Positions 1 to 7,282 of a stretch of 14,465 bases of DNA are shown here, piece by piece. The position numbers were made by a program, and so were the translations under genes. Below the pieces are notes generated by a model that saw nothing but the letters and a program-made list of their open reading frames with translations, did not search any database and was not told where the DNA came from. The first letter of the stretch is position 1. Every line of letters begins with the position of its first letter. This DNA comes from Candidatus Rifleibacteriota bacterium (GTDB lineage Bacteria; Muiribacteriota; Ozemobacteria; Ozemobacterales; Ozemobacteraceae), in the NCBI GenBank assembly GCA_051747585.1, contig JBNJGH010000086.1, positions 1-14,465 of the forward strand, in the 5' to 3' direction.

Positions 1-358
1 AATTGGCTGAGCTTCAATTTTATAATCGCAGGGTTCAGATGGTTTTATAACCATTTTTGTTGGCTCTACCAGATTCTGGCTGATAATATCCTCGGGTGAG
101 AAGCAATCTGAGACCATTCAATCGGTTCGACAACCGCTTGAATTTCCTCACCCTGCCAGTTGAATGGCACTCCGGGGTTTTCCGGCTCATTGCCGTCAGC
201 ATCTATAATCAGTTGCAGTTGTTCGAAATTTTGCACAGAATAATTTTTTCGGGCGGAACAGGCTTGTTGTCAATCGTAAGGTTGTAGGCGGTCAAAGGTG
301 ACTGAGAGAAGAAGGTGATTTGAATGTCGGGAAATGCTTTGGATCTCACAAGTTTCAT
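1..358 (-). pseudogene. Frameshifted hypothetical CDS, runs off the window start (pseudogene or local assembly error)
   Basis: ATG at 358 lies 4 nt downstream of the stop of the 363..1682 gene. The frame closes after 49 codons. Adding one base in the A6 run (plus-strand T 244-249) and one at plus-strand AA 101-102 gives a continuous 120-aa frame to position 1: MKLVRSKAFPDIQITFFSQSPLTAYNLTIDNKPVPPEK/NYSVQNFEQLQLIIDADGNEPENPGVPFNWQGEEIQAVVEPIEWSQIA/FSPEDIISQNLVEPTKMVIKPSEPCDYKIEAQPI. Confidence 0.5.
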
Positions 359-362
359 TCTC

Positions 363-1682
363 TTATTCAAGCTGCTTTTTGTATATACCTTTAAAATCCT
401 GCGGGAGCGGCAAATAGACTCTTTTTCTCAATTCGCGCCGGTCTTTTCCTGTCTCGGCGGTTTCTATGGAACTGAGCTGCAATGGATTATCAGTGTAGTC
501 AAAATTTTTGCCGGTAAAAGCATTTTTCGGTAGTTTGGTTCCTATCCATTTTTCCAGGCTTTTGAGGTTTTTGGGAAAACTGCCATTCACTCTTTTATAA
601 TTGTAAATCGCCACTGCTATAATTCCAATATGCCATCTGTTTTCGCTTAAAAGAGTAGCCGGACGAACGGAATAAAAATTGGGAGCCGTCAGGTAAAGAT
701 ACTGCCTTGCGAGAAGTTGTTGAGGTTGAAGCCACAAAAGTTTATTTTTTTCGCTTTCCCTGAGAAATTCGGAAAAACTGTCAAGATACTCGGCAGTCTC
801 TTCAGCTGTTTCACGATAATCTTGTTTCCAAAGCTTCTGTAATTTGTCCAGGCGGTTTTTCAATATTTGATTGGTACTGGTTTTGAGTTTTTTGAAATAT
901 GAAACTTCAACAAATGGTTTTCCGGTCTTTTGCGTCAGTTTCTTGAGTGAGTTGTTAAAGCTGGTAAGTTTGTTTCTTTCGTATCGGTAAATGAATAAAA
1001 ATGAGGGAAACTGGTGGTCAAATCTTCTGGCGGATATGAGCAGAGTTTTTAAATCCTGCCTGGTTAGTTCGAGCTTTTTGGCAACCAGAAGTAAATTATA
1101 TCCAGTTTCTTTTAAACAAACCTTTCCGATGAGGAATGGCACGAGTTCATAATTTTTTACTTTGTTTCCAAATAGGGCGACGCCGATGCCCGCGCTCCCG
1201 AGAAAAGCTTTGAAGGCTTTCCGGTGATTCCCTTCTTTTGCATGAAAGTATCCCAGATTACTCAGAAACCGGTTTATTTTACGGCACACAGTAAGATGTG
1301 GAATCTTGCCGAAAAAATATGGATCTTCGGGAGGTTCGAAGTCTAAAGCCGGTTCTTTTATTTGTTTTTTAAAATTTGCATACGCTTGTTCAATCACGGG
1401 ATCAGACTTTTGGAGATGTTTTTGCGCAAGCTCGACCAGCTCTTTATAATTAGCGTTCTGAAAATTCCGATTTTCATAGCTGCGAGGCAGAGGTATGGGA
1501 AGTTTGCAGCAATTCGGAATGTATTTTGGTGAAATTTTCACCTTCTTGGGCATATTCTCCAGCGTGCTTTTTAAAATCGCCATGGCATTTAAGGTTTGGT
1601 GAATTTTGTAGGCATAAATACCTGCAATTAATACTGCGATTATTAATAAAGCTGCGATAATAGTATGATTTTTGTTTTTCAA
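363..1682 (-). CDS. Hypothetical protein with N-terminal membrane anchor, helical core and C-terminal GspG/pseudopilin-like motif
   Basis: 439-aa ORF with a TTG start preceded by GGAGG (plus-strand cctcc 1691-1695). Hydrophobic segment IIAALLIIAVLIAGIYAY. C-terminal IAVAIYNYKRVNGSFPKNLKSL...LPKNAFTGKNFDY. Confidence 0.85.
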   Translation of the reverse strand: MKNKNHTIIAALLIIAVLIAGIYAYKIHQTLNAMAILKSTLENMPKKVKISPKYIPNCCKLPIPLPRSYENRNFQNANYKELVELAQKHLQKSDPVIEQAYANFKKQIKEPALDFEPPEDPYFFGKIPHLTVCRKINRFLSNLGYFHAKEGNHRKAFKAFLGSAGIGVALFGNKVKNYELVPFLIGKVCLKETGYNLLLVAKKLELTRQDLKTLLISARRFDHQFPSFLFIYRYERNKLTSFNNSLKKLTQKTGKPFVEVSYFKKLKTSTNQILKNRLDKLQKLWKQDYRETAEETAEYLDSFSEFLRESEKNKLLWLQPQQLLARQYLYLTAPNFYSVRPATLLSENRWHIGIIAVAIYNYKRVNGSFPKNLKSLEKWIGTKLPKNAFTGKNFDYTDNPLQLSSIETAETGKDRRELRKRVYLPLPQDFKGIYKKQLE

Positions 1683-1884
1683 TTAAACATCCTCCGCTTC
1701 TCTGCATCAAAAATACCATGACTTAAAACATCGAAAAAGCAAATCCTCTCATAATCCTCCAATAAATCTTGTTTGTTTAAATAGCTTAGCAAAAAAGAAT
1801 CATTTTTAACCAGATGTTTTTTTTGTTAATTTCGGACCAATAAATGAGTAAAGTGTCCCCCGCAGTGTATAAAGCTACAAATAT

Positions 1885-2343
1885 TTATATTGTTTTAATT
1901 GTTTTGGCGCCACGCCGTTTATGTCTCTGAGAGATAAATTTAATGATTCTAACCAGTGTTCCGCTGCCTGGAATAGAGTTCATTTCCAGTTTATCCGACA
2001 GTTGCTTGATCAAACTCAGGCCTCTTCCCCTGACTGATTTCAGATATTTAAGTGAACGGGGTATTTTTAAGCGGGTCAGATCAAAACCACAGCCTGAATC
2101 AGACACAGAAATCTCCAGCCGATCTTTAAAAATCAAAAACTCGACTTCAAGATTATTATCATCCAGGTCACCGCTATGTTCAATCGCATTCGAATAAGCT
2201 TCATCTACTGCGAGACAAAGCTCATACACTCGATCCTCATCAAACCCCATATTTCTGGCTATATGCTCGGTATTATCTCTTACTATATTGAAATATTGAG
2301 GATCCTGAAATCGAAGAAGAACCTGCTCAGGAAATTTTCTCAT
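1885..2343 (-). CDS. Anti-sigma factor / serine kinase, RsbW/SpoIIAB-type GHKL (HATPase_c-like) ATP-binding protein
   Basis: N box LAVDEAYSNAIEHS, G1 box VSDSGCGFD, G2 box RGRGLSLIKQLSD, terminal GTLVRIIK. GAGGT SD at 2352-2356. Confidence 0.9.
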   Translation of the reverse strand: MRKFPEQVLLRFQDPQYFNIVRDNTEHIARNMGFDEDRVYELCLAVDEAYSNAIEHSGDLDDNNLEVEFLIFKDRLEISVSDSGCGFDLTRLKIPRSLKYLKSVRGRGLSLIKQLSDKLEMNSIPGSGTLVRIIKFISQRHKRRGAKTIKTI

Positions 2344-2363
2344 CTCTATTTACCTCTATCTTT

Positions 2364-2391
2364 AATATAACCGATATTTGAATTAAAGCAA
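2364..2391 (-). promoter_or_regulatory. Candidate sigma70-type promoter for the RsbW-like gene
   Basis: Minus strand TTGCTT (2391-2386), 16-nt spacer, TATATT (2369-2364), just upstream of the SD. Confidence 0.35.
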
Positions 2392-2586
2392 AAAAAAAGC
2401 AATTCTCGGGCAGCTACTATCAGCTCGTTTCAGAAAAAGGATACGAAAAGAAAATAACCACGGAGCCCTCAGTGATCTCGGTAGTAAAATTTCAATAATT
2501 AGCGGAAGTAATTAAACAAAAAACTTAAAATTTAGCCAATTATGCTAAGAAAAGTAAGCATTTGATCTGAAGATTAAATAAAGTGC

Positions 2587-2615
2587 TTGTCAAATTAACC
2601 AGCTGCATTCATAAT
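2587..2615 (+). promoter_or_regulatory. Candidate sigma70-type promoter for the L,D-transpeptidase-family gene
   Basis: TTGTCA (2587-2592), 17-nt spacer, CATAAT (2610-2615). Each hexamer matches consensus at 5/6. AGGTG SD before ATG 2650. Confidence 0.55.
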
Positions 2616-2649
2616 AGGTACAATAAATATCCACTTAAAAGCAGGTGCA

Positions 2650-3282
2650 ATGAAACCAAGAAAAACCCTTTCGGAAAGACTAGAAGAACTGGCCCAAAGT
2701 GCGGCCAAACGCATAGAAGACTGCTTTGGGTCACTAGATGCAGCTTTTCCCCCGGCAAAAATCATACTGTTGATTTTAAAACAGGAAAAAAGACTCGAAG
2801 TTTTTGCCGGCGACAGTGAGAATGATTTAACCCTGATAACAACTTATCCGATACTTGCCGCCAGCGGACATTCCGGCCCCAAGCTTAGAGATGGTGACCT
2901 GCAGATTCCTGAGGGTATTTATAAGGTGGATTTTCTTAATCCAAACAGCCTGTACCATTTGTCTTTAAAGCTCAATTATCCCAACGAATTCGACCGTCTC
3001 AAAGCCCAGCAGGACAATCGTTTCACCATTGGCAACAATATAATGATTCACGGCAACCAGGTATCGCGCGGCTGTGTTGCTATTGGCGACGAACCAATCG
3101 AAGAAGTTTTTTATCTTGCCGCCAAATCCGGACGCGAAAACATTAAAGTTATTATATCTCCCGTCGATTTCCGCACTAATTCGGTCGAAACTGTCCTTAA
3201 TTCGGAAAAATTGCCCAAATGGGCCTCAGAACTGTATAAAAAAATATCTGCGGAAATGAGTAAGTTGCCGGCAGATAATTGA
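2650..3282 (+). CDS. L,D-transpeptidase (YkuD) family protein, YafK/DpaA-like subfamily
   Basis: Motifs KQEKRLEV, GPKLRDGDLQIPEGIY and NPNSLYHLSLKLNYPNEFD, with catalytic His/Cys in IMIHGNQVSRGCVAI. Confidence 0.9.
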   Translation: MKPRKTLSERLEELAQSAAKRIEDCFGSLDAAFPPAKIILLILKQEKRLEVFAGDSENDLTLITTYPILAASGHSGPKLRDGDLQIPEGIYKVDFLNPNSLYHLSLKLNYPNEFDRLKAQQDNRFTIGNNIMIHGNQVSRGCVAIGDEPIEEVFYLAAKSGRENIKVIISPVDFRTNSVETVLNSEKLPKWASELYKKISAEMSKLPADN

Positions 3283-3345
3283 TTTTGCCAGCTGTGCCCT
3301 TTTTATGGTACAAATTTAGCAGCTTAATCGATAATTCTTTTAAAC

Positions 3346-4071
3346 ATGAAAGCCTTACTCATTAAATTTATTATTTTTTTGGTGCTATTCGGCTCATACT
3401 GCCAGGCGCAAGACTTTCCTGCCTGGATGGATGATGTCGAATTTAAACGAGGTTCATCTAATACCGACAATTTCCAATTCAGCACCCCATCGGGCCCCAT
3501 CGACCCTGAAACGGGTGCCAACTCCCCATTGAAAAGCAAATCCCCGGGAAAAATGTTTAAAAAACCTGAATTACCCGACTTCAGTAAGCTCAGAGAAAAA
3601 GCAATAAAAGCCGAAGCTGAGCGCAAAGCATCTGATACTCTTGAATTTGATAACAGCATTAATTTTGCCAGAGAAAATAAAGATAAACTGGAAAAAACCA
3701 GAAACGATCTTATGAGCTTGTTAAAAAATGTTACCGATCCAACCGAAAAAAACAAACTGAACCAGGAAAAAGAAGCTATCGATAAAAAGCTTGATGCCAT
3801 TGGAAAATTGTTCAACATAGTCGGTAGCTCCAAAGGCAATATGGTTAAAAACCTTTCTCAACTCACTGACCGCGAATACAAACAGGCTCTGCAACTTCAA
3901 AAATTAATTTTTGGCCGCCCCTCTGAAACTAAAGATATAGAACCGCCCAAACCTTTATTGCAAAATAATAATAACCAGCCAAACAAGACAAAAGCTAATA
4001 CAAGAAACTTTTATCGTCCGGGCAAATTTAAATCTTTTTACCTCGAGAAACGCAATAAGGAGAACAATTGA
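3346..4071 (+). CDS. Hypothetical secreted protein, Lys-rich with probable coiled coil
   Basis: 241-aa ORF with a Sec-like signal peptide MKALLIKFIIFLVLFGSYCQA|Q and a charged helical centre. The stop abuts the asd ATG (TGA ATG). Confidence 0.8.
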   Translation: MKALLIKFIIFLVLFGSYCQAQDFPAWMDDVEFKRGSSNTDNFQFSTPSGPIDPETGANSPLKSKSPGKMFKKPELPDFSKLREKAIKAEAERKASDTLEFDNSINFARENKDKLEKTRNDLMSLLKNVTDPTEKNKLNQEKEAIDKKLDAIGKLFNIVGSSKGNMVKNLSQLTDREYKQALQLQKLIFGRPSETKDIEPPKPLLQNNNNQPNKTKANTRNFYRPGKFKSFYLEKRNKENN

Positions 4072-5097
4072 ATGAGCAACCATTCGATAGGCATAGTCGG
4101 CGCCACAGGTGCAGTCGGCCTGAAACTGCTTCAAGTGCTCGATGAACGTGTAAGTAAGATTAAGAATCTTCGTCTTTTTGCCTCAGAAAAAAGCGCTGGA
4201 AAAGAAATTACATTTCGAAACAAAAAATACAGAGTTGAGGCTCTAAATACAGCTGATTTCAAAGGTCTTGACGTCGTTTTCTTCTCTGCCGGAACAACAG
4301 TTAGCCGGGAATTTGCCGGAAAAGCCGTAAAAAGTGGCTGCCTTGTCATCGACAATTCAAATGCGCACCGAATGTTCCCAGAAGTTCCTCTGATTGTTCC
4401 CGAAGTAAATTTTTCTGCGGCAAAAAACAATAAAGGAATTATAGCAAACCCTAACTGCTCGACAATTCAACTCGTTGCAGCCATCGGGCCTATTCATAAA
4501 ATCAATCCAATAAAACGAATTGTAGTTTCAACTTATCAATCGGTTTCAGGCACAGGGCTAAAAGCCATGGAAATTTTAAAATCGCAAAGCAGGGCAATGA
4601 TTGAAGAAAAAGAAGAAATTCCTGAGGGTGTTTACCCACATCCAATCGCCTTTAATCTTATCCCACAGATTGACGTACTTTTAGAATCCGGAATGTATCG
4701 AGAAGAAGAAAAAATGGTAAGAGAAACCAGAAAAATACTGGATGACAACATTAATATCTGTCCTACCTGCGTCAGAGTGCCTGTTGTTTCGTGCCATTGC
4801 GAATCGGTTAATATTGAGCTTACCAACCCCATGTCATTGAATGAGATTACCCGAACTCTTGAGCAGGCCGAAGATGTTGTAATAATGGACAAACCCTCTG
4901 AATCAGTTTATCCAACTCCACTTAACTGTCAAGACCGTGACGAAGTATTTGTAGGTAGAATTAGAAACGACTTCAGTAGCAATAACGCCTTCAATATGTG
5001 GATAACAGCCGACAATCTAAGGCGGGGAGCTGCCACCAATGCTGTAAAAATCTACGTCAAAATGGCCGAGAATAACCTTATTAAGGGAAAAAGCTGA
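4072..5097 (+). CDS. asd: Aspartate-semialdehyde dehydrogenase
   Basis: Rossmann motif VGATGAVG, IDNSNAHRM, VPLIVPEVN, catalytic Cys in IIANPNCST, STYQSVSGTG, TCVRVPV..CH, DNLRRGAATNAV. Confidence 0.97.
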   Translation: MSNHSIGIVGATGAVGLKLLQVLDERVSKIKNLRLFASEKSAGKEITFRNKKYRVEALNTADFKGLDVVFFSAGTTVSREFAGKAVKSGCLVIDNSNAHRMFPEVPLIVPEVNFSAAKNNKGIIANPNCSTIQLVAAIGPIHKINPIKRIVVSTYQSVSGTGLKAMEILKSQSRAMIEEKEEIPEGVYPHPIAFNLIPQIDVLLESGMYREEEKMVRETRKILDDNINICPTCVRVPVVSCHCESVNIELTNPMSLNEITRTLEQAEDVVIMDKPSESVYPTPLNCQDRDEVFVGRIRNDFSSNNAFNMWITADNLRRGAATNAVKIYVKMAENNLIKGKS

Positions 5098-5099
5098 GA

Positions 5100-6107
5100 A
5101 TGCCTCATCTAAAATCACTGAATTTTTGTTTCTTTTTGTTTTTTAACATGCTGCTTGTCGTCGCCCCTACGACCTGTTACGCGGCTTATGGAACTTCTGA
5201 ACAAAACATTCCTCAAATAAAGGCCATTTTATACGGCCCCAAAAACTCCCGGGCGCTGATTTATCATAAAGGGCGACGTTTTCATGCTTACGATGAAATG
5301 AGACTTGATGACGAGTGGTATTTAAAAAAAATCAGACGTGAAAGCATTCTTTTTAAAAGAAAGTCACTCAGCACTTTTAAAGAAGTTTTTCTTAACCCGC
5401 CCAAAAAAAGCAAATTTCATCGCGAATGGTCTTTTTTTGGCCACCCCATAGCTCTCTGGCATGCCATAGAGCTTCTGGCACATGGCTTTGGCTATCAGGC
5501 TATAATGCATTTCCAGGCCGGCGGCTCTGTAGTGCCTGCACATCATGGCGGAACCATAAGCAAACTTTTATACAAGATAATTCCTCCACATCATAGATTT
5601 AAAACAGAAGGCCCGGTTTTAATGGTTTTGCCGGTCAAACCCGCCGGCGAAGAATGGACCGAAGTAATTCAACGCATGAAAAAGTGCGTGCCCGAGCGCC
5701 TGACAATTCGCTACCCGGGCCTGAACAAATCAGGCATTCTTTTCTCTCAGGGAGATGATATACAATTTGTTTTACGCAAAATCTCCCTTGGCGGCAAAAC
5801 CCCGATACAGTTTCCCCGTGACCTTCACTTTCCTGTTTATTGCACTTTCAAAAACATTCCCTTTTCCCAAATGCTGCAAAAAATAGTATATTTGAACCAG
5901 TGCATTATTATTGAAAGGGCCGAGGGCCTTGAAATAACTCCATGGCCACGCCAGATTCTGCAAAGACGACCTTTCCCTGATTACCCCTTGATCAAGGTCG
6001 ATCCTTACGAGCCTCAAGCAGGGACAGGGCCTCAACCACCCGCTGCAAAACCCGAGCACCTTTATAAACATCCTTTAGTTAAACAAAATCAGGAAAACAA
6101 GCCATGA
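5100..6107 (+). CDS. Hypothetical secreted protein; possible PilP/GspC-like beta domain plus two secretin-N0/STN-like domains and a Pro-rich tail
   Basis: 335-aa ORF coupled to both neighbours, with an N-terminal hydrophobic signal ending near CYA|A. The domain resemblance was judged by eye only; confidence refers to the CDS. Confidence 0.8.
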   Translation: MPHLKSLNFCFFLFFNMLLVVAPTTCYAAYGTSEQNIPQIKAILYGPKNSRALIYHKGRRFHAYDEMRLDDEWYLKKIRRESILFKRKSLSTFKEVFLNPPKKSKFHREWSFFGHPIALWHAIELLAHGFGYQAIMHFQAGGSVVPAHHGGTISKLLYKIIPPHHRFKTEGPVLMVLPVKPAGEEWTEVIQRMKKCVPERLTIRYPGLNKSGILFSQGDDIQFVLRKISLGGKTPIQFPRDLHFPVYCTFKNIPFSQMLQKIVYLNQCIIIERAEGLEITPWPRQILQRRPFPDYPLIKVDPYEPQAGTGPQPPAAKPEHLYKHPLVKQNQENKP

Positions 6108-7282
6108 CCACTTTTAAAGTTGCAGGCAGCAAATGCACATCCTATGACTATCTGACAGTCAAAAAAGAAGTCACCTCGCTGCTTGAGTTGCTGGGTGGAG
6201 CAAAAGCTTTTATAAAGCCCGGGCAGAAAGTCTTACTCAAGCCAAATATGCTGTCATGCAAGACTCCTGACAAAGTTGCCACTACCCACCCGGCCGTAGT
6301 TAAGGCACTTGCTGAAATTTTCAAAGCTAATGGCGCAGAAGTTATAATCGGAGACAGTCCACCGGTTATTTTCGGGCGCAGCGAAAAATTCTGGGAAACA
6401 ACGGGATTTGCTCAGGCAGCCCATGAAGCTGGTGCAAAACTTATCAGTTTTGAAAACGAAGAAAAACAGAAAGTAGATTTATTTACAAATAACGAAAAAA
6501 TTTCAATCCACCTGGTAAAAATATGCTTTGAAGTAGATCTTGTCGTTAACATAGCAAAGTTGAAAACCCATAATCTTACGCGCATAACCGGCGCAGTCAA
6601 AAACCTGTATGGTCTGGTACCGGGTTTGCAAAAAGCTCAATGGCATAAAATCTACCCCAAATCTACTACTTTCAGTAATTTCATGACCGATCTTGCCGGC
6701 AAGATCCCCTGCCAGCTTAACTTTTTAGACGCTATCGAGGGCATGGATGGACAGGGCCCCTCCGGCGGGCGAAAAATATACCCTGGTTTTCTGCTTGCCT
6801 CTACTAATCCGGTTGCAATTGACCGAGTCTTTTGTGCTGTGACGGGCGTTGATGAAAACAAAGTGCCAATGCTACAAAGAGCAAAAGAAATCAACTGGGG
6901 ACCAAAGAACAGCAAACAAATAGAAATGCTTAACGCAAGTCTTGAATCGTTAAGATTTTCTGACTTCAATGTTCCCAATACACCTCTGCAAGACTATATT
7001 CCCGACAATTTTCTCAATTTTTTAAAACGATTATTATGGGCCGGCCCGGCTTTAAAAGATGAAAAGAGCTGTATAAGCTGTGGTCGATGCGCAAAAATTT
7101 GTCCGGTTCAGGCCATTTCGATTAAAGAAAATGGTGCAGTTTTCGATCGTAAAATCTGTGTATCATGCTTCTGCTGTATGGAAGTATGCCCGGTAGATGC
7201 CATTGTATCTATAAAAAGCCCGCTGCTGGAAATGGGCTGGAGACTGAGAAATCTTATTAAAAAAGATAAGGTTAAATTATGA
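6104..7282 (+). CDS. DUF362 domain protein with C-terminal 2x[4Fe-4S] ferredoxin-like domain
   Basis: IKPGQKVLLKPNML, TTHPAVV, IIGDSP, KLKTH..T.ITGAVKNLYG, DAIEGMDGQGPSGG. Two CxxCxxCxxxCP motifs (CISCGRCAKICP, CVSCFCCMEVCP). ATGA overlap with the previous gene. Confidence 0.92.
   Translation: MTTFKVAGSKCTSYDYLTVKKEVTSLLELLGGAKAFIKPGQKVLLKPNMLSCKTPDKVATTHPAVVKALAEIFKANGAEVIIGDSPPVIFGRSEKFWETTGFAQAAHEAGAKLISFENEEKQKVDLFTNNEKISIHLVKICFEVDLVVNIAKLKTHNLTRITGAVKNLYGLVPGLQKAQWHKIYPKSTTFSNFMTDLAGKIPCQLNFLDAIEGMDGQGPSGGRKIYPGFLLASTNPVAIDRVFCAVTGVDENKVPMLQRAKEINWGPKNSKQIEMLNASLESLRFSDFNVPNTPLQDYIPDNFLNFLKRLLWAGPALKDEKSCISCGRCAKICPVQAISIKENGAVFDRKICVSCFCCMEVCPVDAIVSIKSPLLEMGWRLRNLIKKDKVKL

Noticed and set aside
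1..357. One minus-strand frame contains only TGA stops, hinting at TGA recoding or selenocysteine
   Set aside because: TGA clearly terminates asd, gmk, waaA and the ATGA-overlap genes, and the read-through peptide is less protein-like than the frameshift-repaired one.
96..533. Short plus-strand ORFs 96..287 and 324..533
   Set aside because: They are antisense to better-supported minus-strand coding sequence, with no recognisable motif or SD.
2391..2500. Slightly GC-richer intergenic stretch ending in a minus-strand T run; possible riboswitch, sRNA or attenuator
   Set aside because: I found only short imperfect stems and no riboswitch consensus I recognise. An Infernal/Rfam scan would be needed.
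2565..2593. Minus-strand TTGACA (2593-2588) as a divergent promoter sharing the -35 region
   Set aside because: The hexamer at 17-nt spacing is TCAGAT, which lacks the critical -11 A.
3268..3305. Possible terminator hairpin or promoter after the L,D-transpeptidase-family gene
   Set aside because: The stem (GGCAGA/TTTGCC) is short and separated from the T run. The TTGCCA-18-TACAAA promoter match is weak.
3324..3839. 171-aa antisense ORF and the other antisense or out-of-frame ORFs nested in asd, DUF362, waaA, the GT9 genes and gmk
   Set aside because: These are shadow frames of real genes (Phe/Ser/Leu-rich mirror of Lys/Glu codons) with no motifs.
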